A stretch of DNA of 64,000 nucleotides, from the NCBI RefSeq assembly GCF_006345805.1, contig NC_043008.1, positions 50,158,001 to 50,222,000 on the forward strand, in the 5' to 3' direction. Origin of the DNA: Octopus sinensis (lineage: Eukaryota). Below are positions 11,917 through 23,970 of this stretch, in pieces (within the stretch, counting starts at the first letter, position 1; every line of letters begins with the position of its first letter). The notes below the pieces were generated by a model. The model saw only the letters and a list, made by a program, of their open reading frames with translations, did not search any database and was not told the origin of the DNA. Position numbers and translations under genes: made by a program.

Positions 11917-12895
11917 CCCTCGACTTGGACGAGACTATCCACCAAACTTAAGCATATCGCTAAGCAAAGAAAAAGAAACCAACTGGGATTCCCTAAGTAA
12001 CGGCGAGTGAACCGGGAGAAACCCAACGCCGAATCTCGTCAGCCACACTGGTCATTAAGAGCTGTGGCGCAAGGGTTGTACAGGGTTGATCGTTTCACCC
12101 TGCTAGGTTAGGAGTTCCCTCAATCAGGGCGGCCCAGAGTGAATGCCAGTCCTATTCAGGGCCAGCGGCAATCGGCAGTGTTCTTCAGCCCGAGAGTCGG
12201 GTTGCTTGGGAACGCAGCCCAAAGCTTGTGGTCTGCTCCATCCAAGGCTAAATATGGGGATGAGTCCGATAGCCGACAAGTACCACAAGGGAAAGTTGAA
12301 AAGAACTTCGGAGAGGGAGTTCAAGAGACCGTGCAACTGCCGAGGGATAAACAGTAGGACCACGATCACAAGAGGACTCAGTCCGCTGCTTCTTGCCAAG
12401 GTGCCGTCATTGCCAACAAACGCACCAGTGGTGGTCGCTTGTTCCGCGAGCAGTCATCTTCTGCCTTGTCAGTGTTCGATATCCGTAGCGCCAGCATCAG
12501 ATGCACTTCTCCTCTAATCCGTCATTGCGACCTGTGCCCGCTGGACCGGTAAGTGCACGGCATCCACAGGTCACAGATAAGCTCCCCACTGCCATCAGCT
12601 TCACGGCCAGCTGGCGTCAGCACCCATGCGCTTCTCTCGACTGGGCCCATCACTCCACAAAAGCGCAGACATGGCTAACCGATGGAGACGGACTAATGCA
12701 CCTCGCCCTCAGCAAGCACGACACAGCAAGTCACGCGCCATTTCTGTGGTGGGTGACATGGCCACCCGCACGCTGCCAAGTTGCCTCCCTTGTAAGGGGC
12801 GGTGCGTGGCAGTCGCAGGACCGCCTGAAAAGCCACTCTTGCCGCCAGTCAGCACTAAACATCAGCAACCTACCCGACCCGTCTTGAAACACGGA
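11917..12895 (+). pseudogene. Decayed 5' fragment of 28S rRNA (D1-D2 region)
   Basis: Recognisable conserved blocks: AACTTAAGCATATC, AAAAGAAACCAACTGGGATTCCCTAAGTAACGGCGAGTGAA, GAGTCGGGTTGCTTGGGAA, ACAAGTACC..AGGGAAAGTTGAAAAGAACTT, ACCCGACCCGTCTTGAAACACGGA. Many substitutions in normally invariant positions. No recognisable 18S, 5.8S or 3' 28S sequence nearby. Confidence 0.93.
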
Positions 12896-12927
12896 ATAGA
12901 CCTGGCTATATAATAATAATAATAATA

Positions 12928-12965
<38 letters not shown>

Positions 12966-13183
12966 CAAAATAATAATAATAATAAATAAAAATAAAACAA
13001 AAATAATCTCAGGGTTTAAAACAAACATAATTTTCGTTTTTTTTTTTTGGACACCAAAAAAAAGCCCAAATATATGGCACACTAGGCATAACAACAATGT
13101 GAACTTCCAACCTGTTGTCTATTGAGATCTCTGGGTGAGACTTGGAGCCAACTTGTACAAATATAAAGCAAAAGTCAAACATA

Positions 13184-13237
<54 letters not shown>

Positions 13238-14055
13238 CAATAACAATAACAATAACAATAATAATAATAATAACAACAACAACAACAATAACAACAACAA
13301 CACAACAATAATAATAATAATAATAAAAATAATTTCAAGCCAACCAACGCCTTGTGAGTGGATTTGGTTGATGGAGATTGAAAAAAGACCATCATATAAA
13401 TAGATATGATTGTACGTATGTATGTATGTATGTATGTATGTATGTATGTGTGTGTGTGTATGTATGTGTGTCAGTGTATGTATGTGTATGTATGCATGTA
13501 TGTATACATACATGCATGCATACTTGTATGTATGTATGTATGTAGGTATGTATGTATGCATACATGTATGTGTGTATGTATGTGTGTCTATGCATGTGTA
13601 TATATATATGCATGTATGTTTGTATGTATGTATATCTATGTGTTTGTGTTTGTCCTCCACCACTGCATCACAATTGCTCTTGGTTTGTTTACATTCCCAT
13701 AACTCAACAGTTTAACATAAAAGGCCTGTAGAATAATTACCAGGCTTTAAAAAAAAGACATAAGTCAAGTACTGGCAGCCTGGTGGTGGTGGTGGTGGTG
13801 TTGGTAGTGGGTAGGGGGTGATCCATCTCCCCAAACCCTTTCATGGTTGCACCCCTGCAAGGCTGCAGTCCAATGACTGAAGCAAGTGGTAGAATGATAC
13901 AAAGAAAAAAAGATAAGACATAAAAGATTTTATGGTTTCAGGTTCAGTCCCACTGCCACCTTGGGCAAGAATCTTCTACTATAGCCTCAGGCCAACCAAA
14001 GCCTTGTGAGTGAATTTGGCAGACAGAAACTGAAAGAAGTCCATCATATATATAT

Positions 14056-14296
14056 ATATATATATATAGATATAGATAGATAGATATAGATATATAGTTA
14101 ATCCAAACAAGAAAGCACAAAAAAACACAACAACACGAGGACGTGGAACAAATATAGTATTATTGGACGCTCAGGAAAGAAGGAAAGAAGGAGGGTTTAA
14201 GATTTCGAGCAGAGCTCTTCGTCGGAAACATAGGAGAAGGAAAGATCCCGAGAAGGGAAGACAGTGGGAAAAACATTGCCAACGGTACACACGCGT

Positions 14297-14300
<4 letters not shown>
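14056..14300 (-). mobile_element. Penelope-like terminal fragment with degenerate minimal hammerhead (14195-14230)
   Basis: Between (TA)n tracts. Minus strand GTTT-CCGACGA-A-GAGC TCT GCTC-GAAA-TC-TT-AAAC keeps stems I and II but has core substitutions. Confidence 0.6.
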
Positions 14301-14348
<48 letters not shown>

Positions 14349-14472
14349 ATAAATTAACAATTGAGGATAATCTTTAAAAGAAATTATCAGTAGTCAGCGT
14401 GAAAAACCTTGTAAGAGAAAAAATCCATAAATTCTTCTTCTTTGAAAATATTCATTTATATTATATTGTATA

Positions 14473-14553
<81 letters not shown>

Positions 14554-14739
14554 CGATAGGTGCAGATGACTGTGTGGTAGGAAGCTTGCCTCCCAACGAC
14601 ATGGTTCTGGGTTCAGTCCCACTACGTAACGCCTTGAGCAAGTGTCTTTTATTTTAGCCTTAGGCTGACCAAAGCCTTGTGAGTGGATTTGGTAGATGGA
14701 AACTGAAAGAAGTCCATCATATATATATATCAATATATA

Positions 14740-14774
<35 letters not shown>

Positions 14775-14816
14775 ACAGTTTTATATATAGAGATATATAT
14801 ATATGTATATATATAA

Positions 14817-14850
<34 letters not shown>

Positions 14851-14855
<5 letters not shown>

Positions 14856-15120
14856 AAAAAAGGAGATGTCGAACACGAGTGGTGATATATAAAAAAGGAA
14901 ATGAAGAAAATGCTGACAAATAATTAAGTAATTTAAGTAATTTAATTAGGTGAAAGTTCTTTTTACCGGTTGCGCATTTGTTATGCTTATCAAATATGTT
15001 TTGATAAGCATAACAAATTTTGATAAGATAACAATGCGCAACCGATAAAAAGACTTTCACCTTTAAATTACTTAAATACTTCATTATTTGTCAGCATTTT
15101 CTTCATTTCCTTTTATATAT
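14851..15120. mobile_element. Asymmetric fold-back element with degenerate hammerhead, inside a SINE (TA)n tract
   Basis: Inverted arms of about 110 bp (AAAAGGAAATGAAGAAAATGCTGACAAATAAT... / ...ATTATTTGTCAGCATTTTCTTCATTTCCTTTT). Minus strand reads TTGATAA-GCAT AACAA ATGC-GCAA-CCGG-TA-AAAAG. Confidence 0.75.
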
Positions 15121-15144
15121 AATAATATATATATATATATATAT

Positions 15145-15261
<117 letters not shown>

Positions 15262-15270
15262 GTATATATG

Positions 15271-15373
<103 letters not shown>

Positions 15374-15764
15374 GTATGTAATATATATATACATATGATT
15401 GCATGTCTTGACAACCAATGCTGGTGTGTTAACATTCCTGTAACTTTGTGGTTCAGCAAAAGAGACAGATAGAATAAGTACTAGGCTTGCAAAGAATAAG
15501 TCCTGGGGTCGATTTGCTCGACTTAAGGACGGTGCTGCCGTACGGCCCCCAGTGAAATGGCTGAAACAAGTAAAAGAAAAAAAAGACAGGTATATTTTAG
15601 AGGTAAATCACTCACCTGGTCAGGAAGATAAAGATGCTGGAGTTCAATCTTCTCACACATATCCGAAGGATGTTTATCATGTCACGCAAGCCGAATCAAC
15701 AGAAGGGATTTCTCATCCATTTATGATGGAGATCCTTCGCCTTATTGGTGTTCAATAGTGATGT

Positions 15765-17655
15765 CGATGATGATGATGATGATGACGATGATGATGATGA
15801 TGATGATGATGAGGATGATGAAGAGGAGGAGGGGACAGGATGATAATAACTATCATTATAGTTATTGCTTTTGTTAGACCTTAATGGCTGTCAACGATGC
15901 AAGTGTTTCTGGTATCAATAATGTTTTTCCAATGCCACTAATGATGTTGCATTTGATGTTATTGTAGTTGTTGGTGGTGTTGTTGCTGGTAGTAGTGGTG
16001 GTGGTGGTGGTGGTGGTGGCTGTAGTGATGATGGTGGTGCTGGTGCTGGTGCTGGTGCTGGTGGTGGTAGTTGTGGTGGTGGTGGTGGTGGTGTTGGTGG
16101 TGGCTGTAGTGATGGTGGTGGTAGTGGTGATGGTGATGGTGGCTGTAGTGGTGGTGGTGGTGGTGGCGGCGGCGGTGGTGGTGGCGGTGGTGGTGGCTGT
16201 AGCGAAGGTGGTGGATGTGTTGGTGGTGGTGGTGGTGGTGGTGGTGGTAATGACTTTCTTGTTGGTGCTATCGTTTTTCTCACTTGTTGCTAATCTGTTG
16301 TAATTGTTGTCATTGTTGCTGTTGCTATTGTTGTTGTTGTTGTCGTTGCTGTTGTTGTTGTTGATACTGTTATTACAACTATTACAGTTGTTCCTGATGG
16401 TGTTGTTGTCGTTGTTGTTGCTATTAGTTTGTCGTTGCTATTGTTGTTATTACTTTCCCTATCAGTGTTGCTACCACAATTATCATCATTGTTGCTGCTG
16501 CTGCTGCTGCTGCTGTTGTTGTTGTTGTTGTTTTCCCTTTTTACACTCTGAAACCCCTAAACCGTTCTGTCCCTGCAACACTCCACATCTCGCTCCTCCA
16601 ATGCCTTCAGCTTGACCAAAGCCTTACCTCCGAAACACTGACCAGAGCTTACTGAAAAGCAAGCCAAAGATTATTGACCGTGATCATCGCCAGCAATCCA
16701 TTGTAAGCTTCCCACAATAACTCTCTGCTTCCAGGATCGTGATGTCAGCGAAATCTCCAGGGATCATCCATGGAAATTGTTTTACTTCCTACACAATGCT
16801 TCAGTAGTAACGGAGGTGGTGGTGGTGATGGTGGTGGTGGTGGTGGTGGTGGTGGTGGTGGTGATGGTGGTGGTGGTGGTGGTGGTGGTGGTGGTGGTGG
16901 TGGTGGTGGTGGTGGTGGTGGTGTGGGTGGTGGTGGTGTGGTGGTGGTGGTGGTGATTGGTGGTGGTGTGATGGTGGTGGTGTGATGGTGGTGGTGGTGA
17001 TGGTGGTGGTGGTGGTGGTGGTGATTGTTGGTGGTGGTGGTGTGATGGTGGTGGTGGTGATGGTGGTGTGGTGGTGGTGGTGGTGGTGGTGTGGTGGTGG
17101 TGTGGTGGTGGTGGTGATGGTGGTGGTGGTGATGGTGGTGGTGGTGGTGGTGGTGGTGGTGGTGGTGGTGATGGTGGTGGTGGTGGTGGTGGTGGTGGTA
17201 GTGGTGGTGGTGGTGGTACCGGCAGCGAATGTGTTGGTGATAGTGGTAGCGGTGGTAGCAGTAATAATGGTGGCAGTGGTGGGGTGGTGGTAGTGGTGGT
17301 GGTGATTGTGGTGGGGGGTAGTAGTAATAACGGTTGTGGTGGTGGTGGTGGTGGTGGTGGTGGTGGTGCCGGTGGTAGCAGTGGATGTGGGGGGACAGCG
17401 GCGAATGTGTTGGTGATGGTGGTAGTCGAGGTAGCAGTAATAATGGTGGTGGTGGTGGTGCTGGTGGTGGTGCTGGTGGTTCTTGCTTTGCATTTGTCGC
17501 AGTAGCTGTAGTTGCTGTGGTTGTTGTTGTTGTTGTAGCTGAAATTGCAGTTGTTGTTGTTGCTGTTGTCATTGTTATTGTTACCATCGTACGTGTATTT
17601 ATTTCCATTGCTGCACTTTTAGTTGTTGTTGTTGTTGCTGTTGTAGTTGTGGTTG
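15765..17655. repeat. Compound trinucleotide tract (GAT)n/(GGT)n/(GTT)n with a unique island at about 16530-16810
   Basis: Directly visible. It explains the poly-H/P/T/V/G ORFs in the track. Confidence 0.95.
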
Positions 17656-18242
17656 GGTCTCCATGTCGATTTAAATGAATATATTTTCCAGCTACAATAC
17701 AAAGGCCTTGACAAAAATATCATCAAAAAAAGATAAATAAATAAATGAAATTCACCCCCACCTACCCACCCCTGCCACCGATATATATATATATATATTC
17801 TTTTATTCTTTTACTCGTTTCAGTCATTTGATTGCAGCCATGCTGGAGCACCACCTTTAGTTGAACAATTTGACCTCAGGACTTATTTGTTGTAAGCCTA
17901 GTATTTATTCTATTGGTCTTTTTTGCCAAACCGCTAAGTTTCAGAGACAAAAGTACACCAGCATCAGTTGTCAAGCGATGGTGGGGGGATGAACACAAAC
18001 ATACAAATAACATACAAATACACATACACACACACGCACACACACACACACTCACCCCCCCCCCCACACACACACACATATACAGCGGGCTTCTTTTAGT
18101 TTCCGTCTACCAAATCCACTCACAAAGCTTTGGTCGGTCCGAGGCTATAGCAGAAGACACTTGCCCGAGGTGCCACGCAGTGGGACTGAACCCAGAACCA
18201 TGTGAATGGGAAGCAAGCTTCTTACCACACAGTCACTCCTGC

Positions 18243-18286
<44 letters not shown>

Positions 18287-18296
18287 TACACACATA

Positions 18297-19203
18297 TTGG
18301 GTCATCCCATAAATAATGTGTTTTTTTTCAATTGCATGAACTAAAAGTCAAAAGGTGAGAGAATAAACTACCTGCATTAACTTGCTATAAAGAGAGGTAG
18401 TAATTCTACCTTGTACTTATTCTTAGTGCAAGTTTTGAAGAGTGCAGTTTGGTTTCCACAGTTATTTTTTCAAAGCTATAATGGAAGTGACAAAGGAGCA
18501 TATTTGGCATTTTTTCTATTTATAAGTTCAATAAAGGCAACAAAACAACGGAAAGTGCAAGGAATATTAATGAATTATATGGGGATCAGACAATAAGTGT
18601 AAGCCAGTGTCAATGGTGGTTCCAGAAATTCTAAGCTGGAAACTACAGCCTAGAAGACAAGCCTCGTCCTGGAAGATTGTAGGAAGAGGATGTCCTGCAA
18701 ACCCTGGTGGAGCAAATTCCCATTGTAACTGTTGAGGAACTAGGAGAGAAGCTTGGATTTGGTCATGCAACTTCTCATCAACACCTGAATGCCATTGGAA
18801 AACAACTATCTTTGGTTTCAAGATGAAAGGTATTCTTCCATCAGAATAATGCTCACCCACACAGGTGACATACCAAAAGCTGGAGCTGTTTAAATGGAAA
18901 ATGATGCCTCGCCCACCATATTTGCTGGACGTTGCCCCATCTGATTATTATTTATTCTGCATTCTTCAAAACCATTTCGACAGAAAAAATAGGAATTCTG
19001 TAGACAAGGTCAGAACAGTACTGGAGGAGTATTTTTCATCATAGACAAGTGAATTTTGGAAGAGGGGCCTTGCAAATTTACCAGATAGACAGATAAGCAT
19101 TGTAGAAAATGGAGAGTGTATTTTAGGTTAAAAAAGAACTTTATCTTAATTTTAAAAATAAAAGAAGTAAAAAAAAAACCATGTTATTTATGGGCTGACC
19201 CAA
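18297..19203 (+). mobile_element. Internally deleted mariner, same family as 58163-59383
   Basis: TIRs TTGGGTCATCCCATAAATAATG / CATGTTATTTATGGGCTGACCCAA with TA TSD. Lacks the WVPH-TGDEKW segment but keeps FHQNNAHPH and PY..DVAPSDY. Confidence 0.9.
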
Positions 19204-19269
19204 TAGATGTGTGTGAGTGTGTGTATATGTATATATCTATGTCAGTGTTTGTCCCCCCCCCCCCATCAC

Positions 19270-19790
19270 TGCTTTATTGCTTTTGTCTTTCACAGCAATA
19301 TCTGGTTTATTTGCTTTGATAGTCTGTACATATTGGAAAGTCCCAAAGAATCATTACATTATCTCCCTCAGTTACAGCCTCAGGGTGGTGGTTGTACAAT
19401 TTGTCAGCAATTTTTATTTTATAATGCTGACACATTCTCCAATGTAGATATTGGCCAACTCTGTCATGTCTTGATTTGTACTCTACAGGTACTAAAACCT
19501 TACACCCAGAGATTAGGTGGTCAACAGTTTCTATCCCATCGCTGCAGTATCAGCAGTTTGGATCTATCCCATTTTTTGTCACATTGGCTTGATAGTTCCA
19601 GGTCAATAACCTCTGATCTTGGGCAGCCAAGATAAAGCCTTTAGTCTTTGCCTTTAGCCCTGAGCTCCGTAGCCACTGATGGGTGTGCTTCTGGTCTACA
19701 TCAGCTTGTTTGTTACAAGCCACAGATTTGCCTTGCAGAGGTTTTTGTTCCCACCTATCAGCCAATTGTTCAAACGCATTTTGCTTATTA
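19270..19790 (-). mobile_element. R4/Dong-type (RLE) non-LTR retrotransposon fragment
   Basis: W..KPL.G...WLRSSGLK..T.GFILAAQDQ.L.T.NY, then C*YCSDGIETVDHLISGC (CCHC knuckle), Y..RHD.V...LHW, ILWDF and KPDI after a frameshift. Confidence 0.85.
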
Positions 19791-20066
19791 TCATTATTAT
19801 TAATATTATTATTATTGAGTGAGCGAGCAGAGCATGCCATCAAAGTGACACTGGGGTAAAACATACGAAGCCCAGTATACCCATCATGACTACCCGTCTG
19901 ATAAGGGTACACCAGGCACATGCATCACAACCATATGTGCGTGACATGGTGATCTCATATCAAGATAAACAGCACATGACCTTGCAGGTGGAGCCCAGTT
20001 AGAATTTTCTTCAGATTGAGTAACCCATCCTGCTCAAAAGGTCCCTGAATAAGGGTTGTTTAAGGA

Positions 20067-20111
<45 letters not shown>

Positions 20112-20410
20112 CATTATTATCATTATTAAGGCAGCAAGCTGGCAGAATCGTTAGCACGCTGGGCAAAATGCTTAGTGGTGTTTCGTTCGGTTTAATGATC
20201 TGAGTTCAAATTCTGCCAAGGTCAACTTTGCCTTTCATCCTTTCAGGGTCGATAGATTAAGTACCGGTAAAAGACTGGGGTCAATGTAATTGACTAGCCC
20301 CCTCCATGCAAATTTCTGGCCTTGTGCCTAGAGTAGAAAGGATTATTACCTCTGCCTTAGTGAAGGTGGAGGTATTATTTTCAGTTGTGGTGGTGGTTGT
20401 GGTGGTGGTG

Positions 20411-20446
<36 letters not shown>

Positions 20447-22427
20447 CATATAACAAGGCAGTAGGCTAGCAGAATCGTTAGTGTAGCAAACAAAATGCTT
20501 AGCAGCATTTCTTCCATCTTTAGGTCCTGAGTTCAAATTCCACCAAGGTTGCCTTTCCTTTTTATCCTTTCGGGGTCAATAAGATAAGTACCAGCCAGGA
20601 ACTGGGGTCGATGTAATCAACTAACTCCCTTCCCTAAAAGTCCAGGCCTTGTGCCTAAAGTAGAAAAAAACAATTATTATTGCTGTTGTTGATATTATCT
20701 TTATCATAATTATTGTTGTTATTCTTACTGATGATTACAATGTCATTGGAGGAATCGTTTGTTAACATTACGAGATCAATTAACATTGTTAAGTACATAT
20801 TTCACGTCCCTGTTCATTAGTGATATTACGAATATTCTCCCAAGAGTAAAGAATTCTTTGTTTTATTTTCACATGTCTTGGGAATACATGATATCTGTGT
20901 GTACACTGTTCTCCATTTTATGGTTTCGTCTTCTTTCCGTTATATTTAATATCAATATATTAAGCAGTGCAGTAAACGACACAATCAATAATGTGATAGA
21001 CGGAATGTTTTGCAGAAGCTATAAATATGTCCCAAATTCAAATCTAACTAACCTTTATATTCGTGCGGTTGATAAAATAAGTAAGTTTCTGTTAAGCTCT
21101 TGGGTCAATTTTATCAACTGTATCTTCCCCTTAACATTTCTAAATTCTCTTGTGCAAGATGTCAATCCTTTTGAAACCAACACACCCGAGACTGCCTCAG
21201 ATTCCATGATAAAAACTTTTTCTGTTTTGAAGTGGTTTAAAATAAAATTTTCCATCAAAATTTCCCGTTGTTCTAAATGCCAGCTTAATAATGGCTAAGT
21301 TGCTTTATTAAATTCTTCGTTATTTTGGAAATTAATCACATCCAAAGCAGTGGACTTTAGCAGAAGTATAGTAATATCTTTCTAAGCTATTTATATATAT
21401 AGTATCAGGTGCAGTTGTGACATGGTTCCAGGTTCAGTCCCACTGCATGGTACTGTGAGTGGATTTGGCAGACAGAAACTGGAAAAAGCCCGCTGAATGT
21501 ATGTGTGTGCATACATGCGTGGGAGTGTGTGTGTGCATGTGTGTGTGTGTGCATGTGTGTGTGTGCATGTGTATGTGTGTGTGTGTTTGTGTCTTTTTGT
21601 CTGTATCTGTGTCCCCCACCCAGCCACTACTTGACAGCTGGTGTTGGTATATTCTCTTTTACTCTTTTACTTGTTTCAGTCATCTGACTGTGGCCATGGT
21701 GGAGCACTGCCTTTAGTCGAGGAAATCAACCCCAGGACTTATTCTTTGTAAGCCTAGCACTTATTCTATTGGTCTCTTTTTGCCAAACCGCTAAGTTACA
21801 GGGATGTAAATACACCAACATCAGTTGTCAAGCGATGTTGGGGCAACAAACACACACACATATATATACATATACATATATATGACAGGCTTCTTTCAGT
21901 TTCTGTCTACCAAATCCACTCACATGACTTTGGTCAGCCCAAGGCTATAGTAGAAGACACTTGCCCAAGGTGCCACACAGTGGGACTGAACCCGGAACCA
22001 TGTGGTTGGTAAGCAAGCTACTTACCACACAGCCACTCCTGCGCCTGTGTTTACATCCCTGTAACTTAGTGGTTCAGCAAAAGAGACCAACTGATTAAGT
22101 ACTTGCTCTTTAAAATAAATAAGTCCAGGGGTTGATATGCTTGACTAAAATTTTTCAAGGTGGTGCCCCAGCATGGTCACAGTCCAATGACTGAAACAAG
22201 GGAAGTGTAAAAGAAAACAAAATGATTAAATTGCATCCATCAGGAAATTGTGGGTGTAAGGACTTTGGGGATGACTGTCCCTTAGAGATGTCTCATCGAG
22301 GCTCACTAGGGTGTAAGCATAACCTGATGTCATGTGAGCTAGTCTCCATCTCTGAAGGACTAAATGAGTCTTTAAGGATGAGCTGAAGATATCTGGAAAC
22401 CAATAACCTGGCAGAAGGCAACAGAAA

Positions 22428-23216
22428 ATAATAATATAATAATAATAATAATAATAAAACATTGTGTACAGTGCTCAGGTGCACTACAACTCATCTAAAG
22501 TGTATATATAATCAGGTGTAGTTTCAGCGGATTTCGGAAAGCATGAGGGCCTTAAAGGATGCAGTGTCATGGCAGTCAACAACTGACGCAAGCAGTTTGT
22601 TCCATGCTTCAGCAACTCTGAGTGTGAAGAAATGTTTCCGAAAGTCATGGGAGCTGTGTTGTTTTCTGACTTTGTAGGCATGTCCACGTGTGTTGGACAC
22701 ATGGAGATCAAAAAGGTGTTCAGTGTTGTTGTTGGTGAGGTGGTTGATAACTTTGTGGGTGTTTACCAAGTCCATCGCCAGACACCGGAGCTTCAGTGAA
22801 TCCATGCCCAGGGAAACAAGGCACTCAGAGTATGGTAGGTGTCTGATGGAGGGTATGCGTTTGGTTGCATGTCTCTGAACAGATTCCAGGAGGTCAATGT
22901 TCTGAGCAAGATAGGGGTTCCAAACTGATGATGCGAATTCCAAGTGTGGTCGTACCATAGTTGTATACAGCTTTAAATAGATGGCTGGAGAGCGGCTAAC
23001 AAAAGTCTTGCTGAGTGATGCCAAGACACCCTCGGCCTTCTTGACAATTTTAGAGATATGCTTTGTCCAACGCAAATCACTGCTGACAGTGATGCCTAGG
23101 TCACGCTCGCAAGAGGATTTCTTGATACCAGTGTTGTGGAGGGAGTATGTGGACGCAGGGTTTTTTCTCCCAAAATGCATGGTGGTACACTTGTCCACAG
23201 CCAGTTTCAGTTGCGA
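22428..23216 (-). mobile_element. 5'-truncated CR1-type LINE (RT C-terminal region, 3'UTR, (ATT)n tail)
   Basis: ORF 22524-23198 has CR1 motifs: KC..MHFG, ERDLGI.V..DL.W..HI, LY...VRPHLE.A..VWNPY, LESVQR.ATK, TRGH..K, R.HFF..RV...WN.L. The tail follows GTGCACCTGAGCACTGTACACAAT. Confidence 0.92.
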
Positions 23217-23235
23217 TATTATTGCAATATTATCC

Positions 23236-23970
23236 TTTCCTGTGACATTCTAATCCTGTGTCTCTAGTACTAGAGCTGTGACCTCTCAATGCCAAGAAAA
23301 GAGGTCACAGGCTTGACCTGAACAGACTCCCTGACCCCTGAGCTATGCATTCTATCTAATAACGTTACTCCAGAAACATTTCGGTGAAATCATGAATCTT
23401 CAGACTGCAGACATGGTACAGAGAGAGAGAGAGAGAATGGAATGCCTAGTCTTGTGTCTAAATGATAACACAACCATCACTCACAGTCAACTACAACTTG
23501 GAGGCACCACACCTTGAGGCATCCTTGTAACCATGAACAAATGTAAACATTATCACAACTCTTGACCCAGGTGAACCCCTTAAAGACATGACAGCTCAAA
23601 GAAAGAAGGCAGCATTCCAGTACTTTGACTAATTCTTTATTTTATCAACCCCAGAAGGATGAACAGTAAAGATGACTTCAGCAGGATTTGAACTTATATT
23701 GTAAAAAATCCAGGACAAATAATACTCGGTATTTTTTCCAAAGCTCTAACAATTGTTGCTCATGGTTGTGGATGTTGGATAATAATAACTGAACATGCAA
23801 GCATCCAAAATAGTGTTCCTTCGAAAGGTCTCTGGAATAACATTACTCGAGAGGGTGCATAGCTCAGAGGTCAGTGAGTCTCTCCAGGTCAAGCCTGTGA
23901 CCTCTCTTCTTGACATTGAGAGGTCATAGCTCTAGTACTACAAACACAGGATTACAATGTCACAGGAAAG
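23236..23970. repeat. Inverted pair of about 150 bp repeats (23236-23390 and 23820-23970); third copy about 24645-24780
   Basis: TTCCTGTGACATT.TAATCCTGTGT..TAGTACTAGAGCT.TGACCTCTCAATG is mirrored at 23915-23970. Confidence 0.75.

Noticed and set aside
11917-12895. Functional rRNA gene, or PCR-amplicon contamination (it ends at a commonly used D2 primer site)
   Set aside because: Truncated, isolated and mutated at normally invariant positions, which fits an old genomic pseudogene.
20759-21298. 179 aa ORF with TTG start
   Set aside because: AT-rich low-information sequence running into a TTAA MITE, with no recognisable domain or splice support.
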